Below, piece after piece: positions 16,089-32,409 of a stretch of 64,000 bases of DNA (within the stretch, counting starts at the first letter, position 1; the number at the start of each line of letters is the position of its first letter). The stretch spans positions 62,001-126,000 of the forward strand of contig CDMY01000300.1 of assembly GCA_001179505.1 (NCBI GenBank), read 5' to 3'. The DNA is from Vitrella brassicaformis CCMP3155 (lineage: Eukaryota; Protista; Chromerida). Both the position numbers and the translations under genes were made by a program. The notes under the pieces were generated by a model. The model worked only from the letters and a program-made list of their open reading frames with translations. It did no database searches and was not told where the DNA came from.

Positions 16089-16773
16089 TCATCGAGCGCC
16101 CTTTGCCCCTTTGCCCCCCTTGGGAACGGATCCTTTCTGCGCAGCAGCTTTTGCACCCGCAAACTTGGTCTTCGCCTCCTGTCTCTTCTGCTGCCGGGCT
16201 TTGGCCTCCTTGAGTGCCACCTCCTGTGCCGCCTGTGAGGCAATGTCCAGAACATTCAAGTCAGGTCACACAGGCCAAAGGGTGCTCTTGTAGTGTGGCA
16301 ATTGTGGCGTTTGTCTTAGTGGACGAACGAACCCGGCGTTCAACTGGCTTTGCCGCTCTCTTGCGCTTGATGTCCTCCAGTGTGAGGCCGACGATGGCCT
16401 TCTGCACCTTGGCTGTGCGTCGTGTCTTCCTTCTCGTGACCTCCTCAACCTTGCCCTTCTTGTTCATGCGTCGCCATGCCTGGGTCCACGTGAGCTTCAC
16501 AGGCTTGATACGCTGGTGGTGGAGCGAGTCGGTCTTGGAGTTGATGAACAGGTAGTTCTTGCCGTCACGAGCAATGAAACGCTGACCACGACCTGGGTAC
16601 ACACGGTACTCACTGCGAGGGAGGGAGATGACGACACACGAACAACAGACACACATCAGGGGCAGAGAGTCAAGCGAATCTCCCGTACCCGCCTACTCCC
16701 ACCCCATCCCAGAGATCAGACCACTGAGGCTTGTGCCTTACCTGTACGAGCACGACTCTGTCTTGATCACCAT
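16089..16773 (-). CDS. RPL24: 60S ribosomal protein L24 (3 exons)
   Basis: MVIKTESCSY|SEYRVYPGRGQRFIARDGKNYLFINSK...IKPVKLTWTQAWRRMNKKG...KAIVGLTLEDIK and a Lys/Ala-rich tail ending KGAR*. Confidence 0.97.
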
Positions 16774-16981
16774 CCCGGCGAGGGCTCACACACGAAGAGC
16801 AGATCTTCCTCAATTGGCTTCCCGGCAATCTTCCCTCACACAGGAAGGCTCCCCTCGAGTCCGAGCTGAGTGAAGCTCCCCTGGAGCAGTTTCACGGAAT
16901 CCTAGGGTTGCGAGCTAAGAAGTGAAGATCTGTCCGCCTCCGACAAACGGCACCACAGAACACCCACCCCCGTCGTAAACC
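16774..16981. promoter_or_regulatory. Putative bidirectional promoter RPL24 / ATP synthase alpha
   Basis: 208 bp between divergent ATGs; contains GCGAGCTAAG at 16910-16919. Confidence 0.55.
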
Positions 16982-21190
<4,209 letters not shown>

Positions 21191-21625
21191 GGCTTTTCCC
21201 GAGCGGGGGAAACAAACAAAGAGGCAGGGACGGCACTTAGTCTTGTGTTTCTGTTTGTCTGGGGAGTGCGGTGTGAGCATCGCCACATTCTACGCATTCT
21301 ACGCGGGATGGACGGACGGACGAAACGAGTGGTTTACACGCACGGTCAGGCAGGCATTTGCCGATGAGCAAATGCATCTAGCTATCTGTCCATTGATCTA
21401 TGGGAACGCTGTTTGACTCGTCCAGACTATTTATCATTTCTTCGTGTCATCCATCGCTTCTCTACGAGTGACGACGGGCAGGGGCATGTCATGGCTGACT
21501 ATTCGACATTGCTCACACGTCTGTACACCCTCCTGGGCAGGACGGTCCGGGCTCCTCCTGTCCACCTGACCTGATCGAAGCAAGATACAGAAAGAAAGCG
21601 GACAGGTTGTGGGTGTGCGTGTCAG

Positions 21626-22055
21626 TCATTCATTCACAATGGATGGATGGATGGATAGATGGAGGGACGGGCGGCGTGACCTCACCCGGAGGGTGACAAG
21701 GGATGGAGGGCACTGCGTAGCGGATGCATCGGGCGGCCGAAGCTGCAGCAACATCTCACGTGGGTATACGCACATAACACTGCACGTGCGGCCTGCAACA
21801 CAGTGTCCAACCACCCAAGGAGCAGCACAGCGAACGCACATCAGCATCGCGGGCCGTCTATCCAATCCACACCTACTTGGGTTGGAGCGTTTCCTGTGAA
21901 CACAGACGTAGTGATAGATGCCGGCCAGCAACACCACGATGAAGACCCTGAGGGATAACCTGAGCACCAGATCTTTGATGATCCACTCATGTTTCATCAC
22001 ATTTTTACCTCAACACGTCCAGAGAGATGGTCATCGAGCGGAGAGAAATCTCCAT
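21626..22055 (-). CDS. Possible small single-pass membrane protein divergent from CFAP100
   Basis: Putative splice MEISLRSMTISLDVLR|LSLRVFIVVLLAGIYHYVCVHRKRSNP with GT-AG sites; no homology recognised; 3' end uncertain. Confidence 0.25.
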
Positions 22056-22134
22056 GAGAGCTCCACCAACAGATCCAAGCATCGGCCAGGTTTCATATCC
22101 CGCCCCCAAGGCCCCCCAGTCTCTCTCACCTATA

Positions 22135-23092
22135 ATGGCAGAGGAGCAGAATCCGTTCACGCTGCCTGCGGATGAGGAGATATTTCTGCTTCGGGAGGTA
22201 GAGCGTCGGCAGCACCATGAGGAACGAGAAAAGCAGAAATCCCTGCACGTGTGGGAGAAGGGCACCAGCTGCAGCCGGATGCGCAATATCCGCCACGTCA
22301 AGGATGACGAGAAACCCACCGCACCGCCAGCTGCTGGGGCTGCTGCGCAGCAAGATTCACTCGCGCTCTCGGGCGCCAAGAGGGGCAGGGAGGGCGGCCC
22401 CCCACAACCCAAGTCGGCAGCAGCTCAAAAGTTCCTCCCAATGGTGCCCACGGGCGCCAGCTTCCCACGAGAGATGCGCAGAGAGAAAGAGGACCTTCGC
22501 AGCTTCATCGGTAATACTCACATACACACACACATACATACATACATGCATACATACGTACATACAGACATACATCAGGAGGAAGGGAGGGACACAAGCA
22601 GACAGGACAGCATCCACACCCTCTCAACGTGAGATAGTTTTCTGTATTGTGCTTTATGTGTGCTGCACGGGTCCCTTGGCTGGTTGGTTGGTTGGTTGGT
22701 TGGTTGGATTCGTTGGCTGATTGGCTGCTTGGCTGGTGCTGATGCATCCATCAGCCAAGAAGCGGGAGATGTTTTTGGTGCAGATGTCGTTGGACATCAA
22801 GAAGGCCGAGATCCTCAAGCTGCACGAAAAGGCAGCCATGAAGGAGGAGGCACTCAAGAAATCGCAGCAAATGCTCGAGGAAGACGTGACCAGGTATCTA
22901 CATACATATACATCCATGCGGCAGGCACCACGGACGCTCGCAGCCCTGGACTCATGGGGTGTGTGTGTTGGGGTGTATGTGGTGTGCAGGTTTGACGCGT
23001 TCTTGCACGCCAACGACGCCAAGGCGCATAAAGCAATGAAGGTGTGTCAGTCAGTGAATTAGTGAGTAAGTGTGGCAGCCTCCTCCCCGCCA

Positions 23093-23123
<31 letters not shown>

Positions 23124-25378
23124 ATGGGATCAACACTTGGGGAGTGAGTAGCCAGCGATTTCATGTGTCGCTGCGGAATTTTCTGTTGTTGCGGTGAAGC
23201 AAGCCGAGTCTCTGATGAAGATAAAACAGGAGAAGGTGCAGAGGATAAAACAGCTCAAAGGACAAATATCGGTCGGTGCCTGCAGCGGCCGCATAGCATA
23301 CACACTATATTTTGTTGCGTGGGTGCCCTTTATGTACGTATGCGTATGGATGGCTGGCTGGATGGATGGATACACACATGCAGGCGATTCAGTCAGAGAT
23401 ATCAAAGCAGCGTGAGCAGAAGGAGGAGTGCATCAAGTTCAAGCACTTCCTTGATAGACTCACGCCGCAGGAGTGGGTCGACGAACAAATATGCGTCAAA
23501 CAAGACAGAAAGGCCAAGAGAAAACAGGTCAGTCACTTTGTTCATCGGCTGTTCCGTCTTGTGCGCGACCCAATGTCTCGTTGGTTGGTTCATTGAAGTG
23601 TGTGTGTGTGTGTGTGCGACGCCCAACAAACAGCGTTGGATCCAGATGCGTTTGGAAGAAATCAATCGAGCCCTGGCTAAGGACGTCGAGGACATCGAAA
23701 GGTCACACTGACAGACAGATAGACACGATTGGATGGATGGATGGATAAATGGATAATTGGACGCCCGCCGAGAAGTCGTATGGTTGTGCGCCTCTCTCTC
23801 TGTGTGTGTGTGTGTGTGATACGACAGGGATGCTGAGAGGGAGTGGCAGCAGGAGGAGAAGAAGAGGAAAGGCAAGGCACTCGAGGACGGTGAGTGAGGA
23901 AACAAACGAGCCATACAACAAACGGATCCATTAGATTACAGCCAGCCAGCCATCTTCAACCATGCATACATCCATCCATGTACGTACGTATGTATCGATC
24001 GATCAGCCAGGCGTGAAATCGAGGACCGTGCTGACCGCCGACGCAAGGCGAGTCGGCGCAAATACCCCACGGCGGCTGAGCTGGACAAGGAGTATGAGGA
24101 TGTCAGCAGTGGGGACGAGCTCCCGCTCTACTTCAAGGAACCCAAACAGCTCCTTGACATATTCACAGTAAGTACCCACACACAGACACAAACCCAATCC
24201 ATACACAAGCGGGAGACTTACCCGTCAGGGTCCACACACACATTCTCCGTCGGTTGGCTAACCGGCTTGCCGGCCCCCTGGCTGCCATGGTTGTATGTAT
24301 TGTGTGCAGGCGCTTGAGGAACAGAATTTGTTTCTGATCCAGAATGCCCAGGAGACCGAGCAGGCCCTGGAGGAAGTGGACCAGAAGTTCGCTCAGACGC
24401 GAAAGATCATGGGCGGAAAGGCAGAAACACTCAGGGCCAACATTGTTGAACTTGGTCAGTCACTCAGTCAGTCATGTCTCCACGTACATTCGATGGATGG
24501 ATGGATGGATGGATGGACGGTGTGTCGTGTGGCGTGTTTGTGTGTTTGGCTGCAGAGAAGCAGGTGAATGAGGAGCGTCGTCACTGTGATGAGCTCAAGG
24601 AGACCCTGCGGCAAAAGTCGGGCAGCAAAGAACAAGATGCAGTCCTCAAGGAACTCGCAGCCAAGGTACACAGGCAGGTAGAGGCAGCCAGCCAGCCAGC
24701 CCGGCTGGCTTCACAGAAGCACGAGCCGGATGAGACACCGGAATGATTTGTGTATGTGTCTGTGGCTGGATGTGTGTAGGTGTCTGAGGTGTATTTGGCG
24801 TGTGGGTTTGACATCGATCACGATCCCGACCCGCTCAAGATGCTCGAGGCCATCGAGGCCAAACTGGAGGAACTACTTGCACAACTTGACGAGTGTGAGG
24901 GTGAGCAACCGTCGCTCTGTGTCTCCCTCCCTGGCAAGCCACGCCTCTCTCCCTCTTGTTTCTGTCTCCGTGTGTCGCGTGCGCGTGTGTGTGTGTGGGC
25001 GTGTGTGTGTGCATCTATATAGGTGTGAATGCTGAGTTGGTGCGTAGTCTTGAGAGGGAGAAGGAGAAGGAGCGCCGCGAGGCGGTGCGTCAGCACAAGA
25101 TCGAGATGCAGCACAAGAAGAACGAGGAGCGGCTCAGGGCCAGCCTCAAGCGTTCACAGGAGCCAATCAAGAAGAAGAAGGGCAAACCAGTCATGTTCAG
25201 ATCCCCACCCGAGCGACGAGACAACCTACGGGTCACCAGCGTCGACACAGAGGTCCCTTCACGCACTCGACTCGATCGACAGACACCTCACTCTCCCAGC
25301 TCACATATTCATCTGTCTGATTCCTTTCGTGTGCAGGCGCTTGAGAGGGAACGCGAGTATGCCCTGTTCTTCACCTGA
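22135..25378 (+). CDS. CFAP100: Cilia- and flagella-associated protein 100 (CCDC37/38 family, DUF4200)
   Basis: NPFTLPADEEIFLLRE, SFI|AKKREMFLVQMSLDIKKAEI, QMLEEDVTR|FDAFL, KHFLDRLTP, ELPLYFKEPKQLLDIF, LEEQNLFLIQNAQETEQALEE, GKPVMFRSPP, EYALFFT*. Confidence 0.9.
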
Positions 25379-25671
25379 ACGGTGCGTGTACATACAGAGA
25401 TGCATACGGATACGTACATGCATGCGCGGATATGCAATGGACATACGTGCCAATGAATACACGTGTCTCTTTCACGCGGCCGATCGCCTCAGTCGACAGT
25501 TTGTGGCGATCACCATGATGATAGAAATTCCCATGCCATATGACACGTCGCTTCACAGTCGCTCGTCGAGAGTCGCGATTGCGAGCTCAGCCCGGGAATT
25601 CGCAAAGGCGAGCGGAAAGTTCTCCACACAGACAGAAACCAAACGTGGGTGACGGTGCTTGGACTACAAGG

Positions 25672-26628
25672 ATGAGCGAGCAGCAGCAGCAGGAACAGCA
25701 GCAACAGCAGGTGGGTGAGATGGAGGGTCACTCGGCGTGAGGGTCTCGTCTGAACTGGTTGGGGTGCCTGCCTTGTGTGTTTCCCCTGTGTTGTGGTGTG
25801 GTCCACCTGACAGGTTCTGTGTGCCAACGGGTGTGGGTTCTTCGGTTCGGCGTCGACGAGGAATCTATGCAGCAAGTGTTGGAGGCAAGTGGTCCAGGAA
25901 GAGAAGGCCGAGGGAGCCAGTAGGCCCTCAGAGAAGCTCCAGGGCCTCGACAAGGCCCTCACCGCTGACAAGACTGCCCCTCCCAACGATAGCAGTTCCA
26001 CTGGCAACGGTGCGGCGTCATCAGCGGCCTCGGATGTCGCTGGCGCGTCCACCAAGCCTGAGGAGGTCAAGACGGCCGCCGAGGGCGATGCCGACAAACC
26101 CGACAGGCCCGTACAGGTACCTGCCAACGCACATAACCTACAGGCGGCTGACACTGCCGATACATGTGCACAACACTGCTGTTCGCTTGTGTGGTGCACC
26201 CATCCCTCAGGTGAACAAGAACCGCTGCTGGAAGTGTCGGGCTAAGATCGGCTTGTTGGGTGAGACGCACACACGTCGCACAGGCAATGTGTGCACGGTT
26301 TGATGCACAGAGATCCCTCGCTCACCGACGTGAGGGCGGTTGGGTGGGTCGTTCTCACCGGGTTCGTGTGTGATGTGCCCACCTACCAGGTTTCGAGTGT
26401 CGATGCGGGTACTTTTTCTGCGGGACACATCGCTACGCAGACATGCATGAGTGTGACTTTGACTGGAAGGTGAGCCCAACCACACACATCGCACCACACC
26501 ACACTCTCATTCGGCGTCACGCACCCTGGGGGGCTCTGGCTATGTACGCATGTGTCCAGAACTTCGAGCGTCAGAACCTGGCTAAACTCAATCCGGAGGT
26601 CGCGCCGTCGAAGCTGGAGCGGATCTAG
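25672..26628 (+). CDS. A20/AN1 zinc-finger stress-associated protein
   Basis: A20 finger FCANGCGFFGSASTRNLCSKC; AN1 finger NRCWKCRAKIGLLG|FECRCGYFFCGTHRYADMHECDFDWK; ends NPEVAPSKLERI*. Confidence 0.93.
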
Positions 26629-26929
26629 ATAAGCAACGGTCGGACGTGGGAGTGGATGGATGGTTGAAGGAGTTGGATGTGAGGGGAGCAAGGGACACAG
26701 TGCCTGCCTCTCCTCCCTGTCAGCCAGCTCGTCTGATCGATCCTATGCCTGTTTGTACTTAGATATGTATGTATGTAAACGTGACCGACAGACACGGACG
26801 GACCCACCCACATGTTTTTCTCGCTGTCTTATTACTACTACCCTTTACCCCTCCCCCCGCTTGTCTTGTTCTTTCCTGCTTCCTCCTTCCTCCCTCTCTC
26901 GTCGGTCGGTCTGTCTGTCTGTCTGTCTC

Positions 26930-29305
26930 AAGGCACTGTAAATGATAAGAAAAGGCAGAGGGACGGGAGGACGGCAGGCGGGCAGGGTGGCTTCTTGTTT
27001 GAATCGTGCTGGCTGGCTGGTCGATGAATCGAGTGGGTGGGTGGCTGGCTGGCAGGCAGGCTGGGTGTCTCTGTTCTACGAACCGAACCGGCCAAAAGGG
27101 GACAGACACGTCGCGATGGGTCATCTGCAATGGAATGCGGTCCAATGTTACTCATCGGAAGGATACGTGCACAGTCTCATGACAGACACACCAAGTCAAA
27201 GCAATCCCCATTCTCACTTATGAGTCATGACAATTAATTCATCACTCCCGTTGACCCAACTGAGCAACACAACCACACCATCCAGTGCACAACCATGCAG
27301 CCTGCGACAGACGGTGACAGTGTGTGGATGTGTGTGTACCGTCTAATTCTTCAAAGACGTGGACAGGGCGATCATCAAAGGCGACGGCTGTGAATGTGTG
27401 TGTACCGTCTGTTTCTTCAGAGACGTGGACAGGGCGATCATCAAAGGCGACGGCTTCTTCCCGGATGTTGATGCTGCTGAGCCAAAGAAATGAACGACAG
27501 ACAGACAAGGAAGGTGTTTAGGTCTTGTGAGTGAAGGGCTCCTCCCATCCCGCCCCCGTTTCTCACCCGTTGGCTTTAATGCCGCATGTCGAATGGCCAG
27601 CGCCAGTGGGGAGAGCCTCTTCTGGGGCCGGATGACGGCACCTGAGGAAGGAAGAGAGGAACGAACAAATGGAGGAAGGAAAAGGCAGATGGCAATGGAT
27701 GGGATGAATGCAGCAACGCGTCCGAGACTGACCCAAACACACCAGATAGTACCTAACAAATGGAACCAAAATGACACATTTGCCGCTCTCTCTCTCTCCC
27801 TCTCTCCCTCCCTCTGTGTGTGTGTGTCCGCCCGTGCGATCGGAAAGGTACATACATGACAACGCCGGCTGCCCAAATGTCCGATTTCACGGAAAAGTTC
27901 TCGACGAACTCGTGGCACTCAGGGGCCTGCACGCATAGAGAGGAGGGAGAGACATCAGGGGGGCGACAGGTGGATTGGTGTCCTCTTAATGTATGCATGC
28001 ATGTGTCAGTCATGTGGTTGGACAAGTTACAATGTACATTTTTGACCCCGGCATAAAGCGGCGGTCGTCTGGTTGGGTGATGAAATGGCAGAAGTCCAGG
28101 TCCACCATCTTGAGCACTTTATGGCGTCGGTCGCTGAAGACGAAGGTCTCCAGCTGGATTGCGCGGTGGATTGCCTGTTTGCGCGAGTAAGTGAACAAAC
28201 AGGCAGACAGGCACATGTGCAGGTGTGTACAAAAGTGCAGTTATCATGGCTGACCCCTTTGTCATGAAGGTGTTGAAGTGCAAGAAGGAGTTGCCGCATG
28301 AAGGCCTTGATCTCGTCCTCCGATAAGCCCCCTGATAAGTGAGCACCCGAGGATTTGAGGTATTCTCTTAGGTTCGGGCCAGACAGCTTCTCAGACACTG
28401 CAGCCAGCCAGCCAGCCAGCCAGCAGGAATGAATGAGCAAAACGACCAGCCAGGGATGAATGAGCGAAAGATATCTTCTGCACGTTGGTCAAGAGTGATT
28501 GACGACTTACCAACGTAGATATGTTCCTTGTCTTGGCATATGTCCAGAGGATTGGCCACGTTATGGTGTGGCTGCTTCATGAGGTGGCACTGGACCTGTT
28601 TGTAGTATTGAGGGCTGACACGAAGGCTGACAAATGATAAATATATACGCACAGGAATGACAGACACCAATTGTATACGGATAGGAGAAAGAGAGCACTC
28701 AGATCTCTTACTGAAGCGCCTCCTTCTCGATCTCCTTGAGGGAGCACTCTTGGTTGGTTTCAGCAACGGTGGCGTCGTATGTGGCGGAGTATCTGCAGCG
28801 ATGAAGATGACCGACAAAGAGATGGATTCATTCATCATTGGCCATCCATTACCCGTCTGAATGTCCTGCCTCCCTCTTGTCCGTACCTGTTTCCGCCGGT
28901 CTTATCCCCGCGAGAGTACTCAGCTTTGATGTCATTGATGTGGCGCCACACCGTCCGAGGCGTTTTCTCGTGCATGGCCTTGGCCAGACCCTCTCCCTCT
29001 CCCCCACCACCTCGACCATGACAATGTCCTTGCGCATGCGGTGGATGTCTGTGGTTGCTCTCGGTGGTGGTGGTGCTGCTGCTGGTCTTCCGCTCTCGGT
29101 GGTGCTTGGTGCCTACTGGCGCCCTCAGAGAGGTGAATTCGGGTTGCGTAGTCGAAGGGGGAAGCGGGGGGTGAAGACGAGGGCTTGGGGAAGCGGCGCT
29201 GTGTACTGACTGGGGAGGTGGCTCGTGTGTGGTCGGGCCTTCGTCGTTGGGGCTGAGCAGAAAGCTCAGGGCGGCCGAGTCGCTGGGGTGGGGGGAATCA
29301 TCCAT
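26930..29305 (-). CDS. CAMK-like pseudokinase; 3' end uncertain
   Basis: Low-complexity N-terminus, then CSLKEIEK, MKQPHHNVANPLDI, EKLSGPNLREYL, FMRQLLLALQHLHDKG|AIHRAIQLETFVF, MVDLDFC, GSKMYI|APE, SVKSDIWAAGVVM|YYLVCLG and DPSRRV. Confidence 0.8.
27328..27455. repeat. 66-bp tandem duplication (2 copies) inside the pseudokinase gene
   Basis: ATGTGTGTGTACCGTCT...ACGTGGACAGGGCGATCATCAAAGGCGACGGCT occurs at 27328 and 27394 with few mismatches. Confidence 0.95.
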
Positions 29306-29467
29306 GCCCGCTCACCGGCGACCACGTGTTCAGCACGTACGATGGTGACGAGGGGCAGATCCGTCAGATCCGGTTACGCATGTTTCAAGCTCGCATGCCG
29401 AGGGAAGATCGTGGCGTGAGTGAGGAGTTGAGATCTTACATGGGAGGAGGCCCTTTGGCTGTGCAGC

Positions 29468-31766
29468 ATGAGTATGTCCGGAGAAGTGGCGTCCATTCTC
29501 TCTCGATGGGGACTCGCCCGCAACGCAACACTCAGGGAAGTCACCGCCGTCTACAAACAGAGAGGTACACACACGCGCACACAATGACAGATCATCACGA
29601 TTCAGCCACTATGGCGTTTGCTTGTCCATGACCTGTTTGGTGTGTTGGCGTGGCGTTCCATTTCAGTCAAGGTTCTGCATCCTGACGTCAACAAGGCCGC
29701 AGACGCCCATGCTGCAGTAAGTAGGGGAGACAAACACATCCGGATCTACACTCACCAGCCAGCCACCAGATACTAGTCATCGCTGACCTGTCTGTCGTGT
29801 GTGTGCTGGATGGTCACAGTTTGTGCGTCTGAAGAGCGAGTACGAGACGCTCGAGGAGGCTCTGAGCCGCAATGGAGGTGCTGGTGCTGGCAGTGGTAGC
29901 TGGCCAGGGGGTGCTAGCGGGCAGGAGTCGTCTTCTTCTTCTCAGTGGCCACCCCACCACCCGCCGCGTGGCGACTGGTACCGCAGCTACACGGCTCACT
30001 CTCAGCCGTACCAGCCGTACACGGCCTACAAGGGGTACGGCGAGCGGCAGACGTATGACGAGAGCATGGGGGGGTGGCGCCAGACATACCAGGGCGACGC
30101 CGACGCCAGACAGAGGGAGGAACGCAACGAGCAATGGAGGGCACTGCTCCCGGGACTACTCAATGTACGCACTCACACAACACACACCCACACACTGGCA
30201 TGCAGGTTGGCTGGCTGGCTGGATGATGGCCCATGTGATCGTATCGATATCTCTCTGTCTGTCTGTCTGTCTGTCTGTGGATCGGCCGACGGGATGCTGG
30301 CTGGCTCTCTCCCTCCCCCAGCTGACGGTGGTGTTGGGTGGGTCGTTCGCTGTCTACATGTTGCTCCAGAAGTTCCATCGGCGGGAGCAGGAGCTCTATG
30401 ACCGCGATGTGGCATACGCCCCCTACGGCAGCCAGCAGCGGCCCATCCACCAAGCCGATCTGCAGGCATACGGCCAGTTCCACCCCAACCAGGATGACCC
30501 CAGGATGCGGATGCCACACCGGCAGCAGCCCATCGCCACACGGGTGCGGGGTGCAGAGGCGCTGTCCGACCAAGACACTGGTGTGGGTGGTGGGCCTGCT
30601 GCCGCTGCCATGTCTGCGCCGACTTTGTCCAAGAGCGAGCCAGCATTGGCCATGGTGCATCAGCTGTCGGATGCTGAGGAGGCCGTGCTAAGGGGCGAGG
30701 CGCGGGATGACGACAGCGACGTGCACACCGAAGATGAGGCAGAGGTGCATGAGGGACCAGGGCCACCCAAGAAACCAAAACCACACGCCAAAAGGGGTAC
30801 GTACGGTACGCACGGCCGAACGGACGGTTGAAGGGTGGGTGGGATGCGCACGCGACACTCGGCTGCTTCTGTAATTGTGTGGCCCATGTTGGGTGTGTGT
30901 GTGTGCGTGTGTGTGTGTGTGTGGCCAGAGTCTCCCCTGTTCGAGAAGGGCGTCAAGACGGCTCACATTTTGGCTCACAGAGGTGACGTATCGCGACTCT
31001 ACAGCCTGATGAAGGCTTCCAAGTATCCCCACCAGCAGTTGGTGCTCATAGACAGGTAGGTCAGTCCACACAATACATACATACATACATACGTCTGTGT
31101 GCGAGGCAAAGGAATGCGTGTTGGATGGTTGGTTGTGTTGTGTCCGTCTCTGATCAGGAGGGGCCGCACCCCGATGCACTTCGCTGCATTGGCCGGTAAG
31201 CAGTGCACTGCAGTGCAGTGCACGGCCAGCCAGCCTGCACGCCACACGAACGGATCCCTCCCTCCACCCGGTTCTGTGTGTCGTGTCGTTTTGTACTTCT
31301 GTGCGTGTGTACACGTACGCCCACAGGTCAAGAGGAGTGTGTAAAGGTGAGCGACACGCGGCCTGTGGATGCACCTGGGTGGGGGCTGCATTCCTTCCTT
31401 CGCTCCGCCCTCCCTTGTGTGCCTCTCTTTGTGCACTGCAGTTCCTGTACAACTGTGGGGCGGACATCAACGCCGTAGACCACGATGGCAAAACTCCCGC
31501 AGACCTCGCAGACGACAAGGGTACACCACACACACACACACACACACAATCTCACGCAGCCGCCGCCCGCCAATCGACTTAACGGATGGATGGATGAGAG
31601 CATCTGTGTCTGTGTCTGTGTGTGTGCGCGTGTGTACATACATCCTGTATGGTCAGGCCACGCAGTATTGGCCAAGAAGATGCGTTCCCAGACAGACGCC
31701 AGGCAGGCGCAGGAGGCAGCTGCTGCACCCAAGACAACACACAAGCAGCAATTGGAGAAGGAGTGA
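29468..31766 (+). CDS. DnaJ-domain protein with a central transmembrane helix and C-terminal ankyrin repeats; start approximate
   Basis: WGLARNATLREVTAVYKQR|VKVLHPDVNK...|FVRLKSEYETL (J domain with HPD); LTVVLGGSFAVYMLL (TM); RGRTPMHFAALAG and FLYNCGADINAVDHDGKTPADLA (ankyrin). Confidence 0.82.
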
Positions 31767-32409
31767 GTCAGCGAATGGTTCAATGTGTCCAAGTGCCCAG
31801 GCAGGCAGGCAGGCAGGCAGTGAACAGCCGAGGGGGACGTGCCAGCTTTGTTGTGGGAGTCTCTCTGCTGCCCGTCATCCGTCCATCCATCCGCTCGTGT
31901 ATGTATTGTATGGATATGTGTCATACATGTATGCCAGCCATGCACGCAACGAACAAACGTGTGTAGTGTAGGCAAACGAGTTAGTCAGTCAGTCGTGCAT
32001 GGCATGGCATGGCATGGCATGGACCTCTGTCTGTCTGTATGTATCAACGCATGGATGGATGGATGGATATGACAACTCATATGAGTATCAACGGGCACTG
32101 TTGTCGTCAACTGTAGCTGTCTCTCGCAAGTCATCGGTACTTTGCGGTTAACACCTGACCGACCCACGCCGACATGACCCAGCCGACCACGCCACAACAC
32201 AACACACCGCGTCCAGCCAGTGACTGAGCTAGCTAGCTGTCTGCAGTGAGTGCATTGAGGCGCTGTGATCTGTCAGCGATGGACAGAAAGGGGGCTGATG
32301 CGCCACGAGGGACGCCCGGCGACGATGACTGCACCAGCTGGTCGATGGCATCCAAACGCACTTGCCTGATACCAACAAGACACACACACGTGTGGTGGCC
32401 TGCCTGCCG

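Noticed and set aside
27328-27455. Direct repeat as a possible CRISPR array
   Set aside because: Only two adjacent copies with no unique spacers, inside a eukaryotic gene
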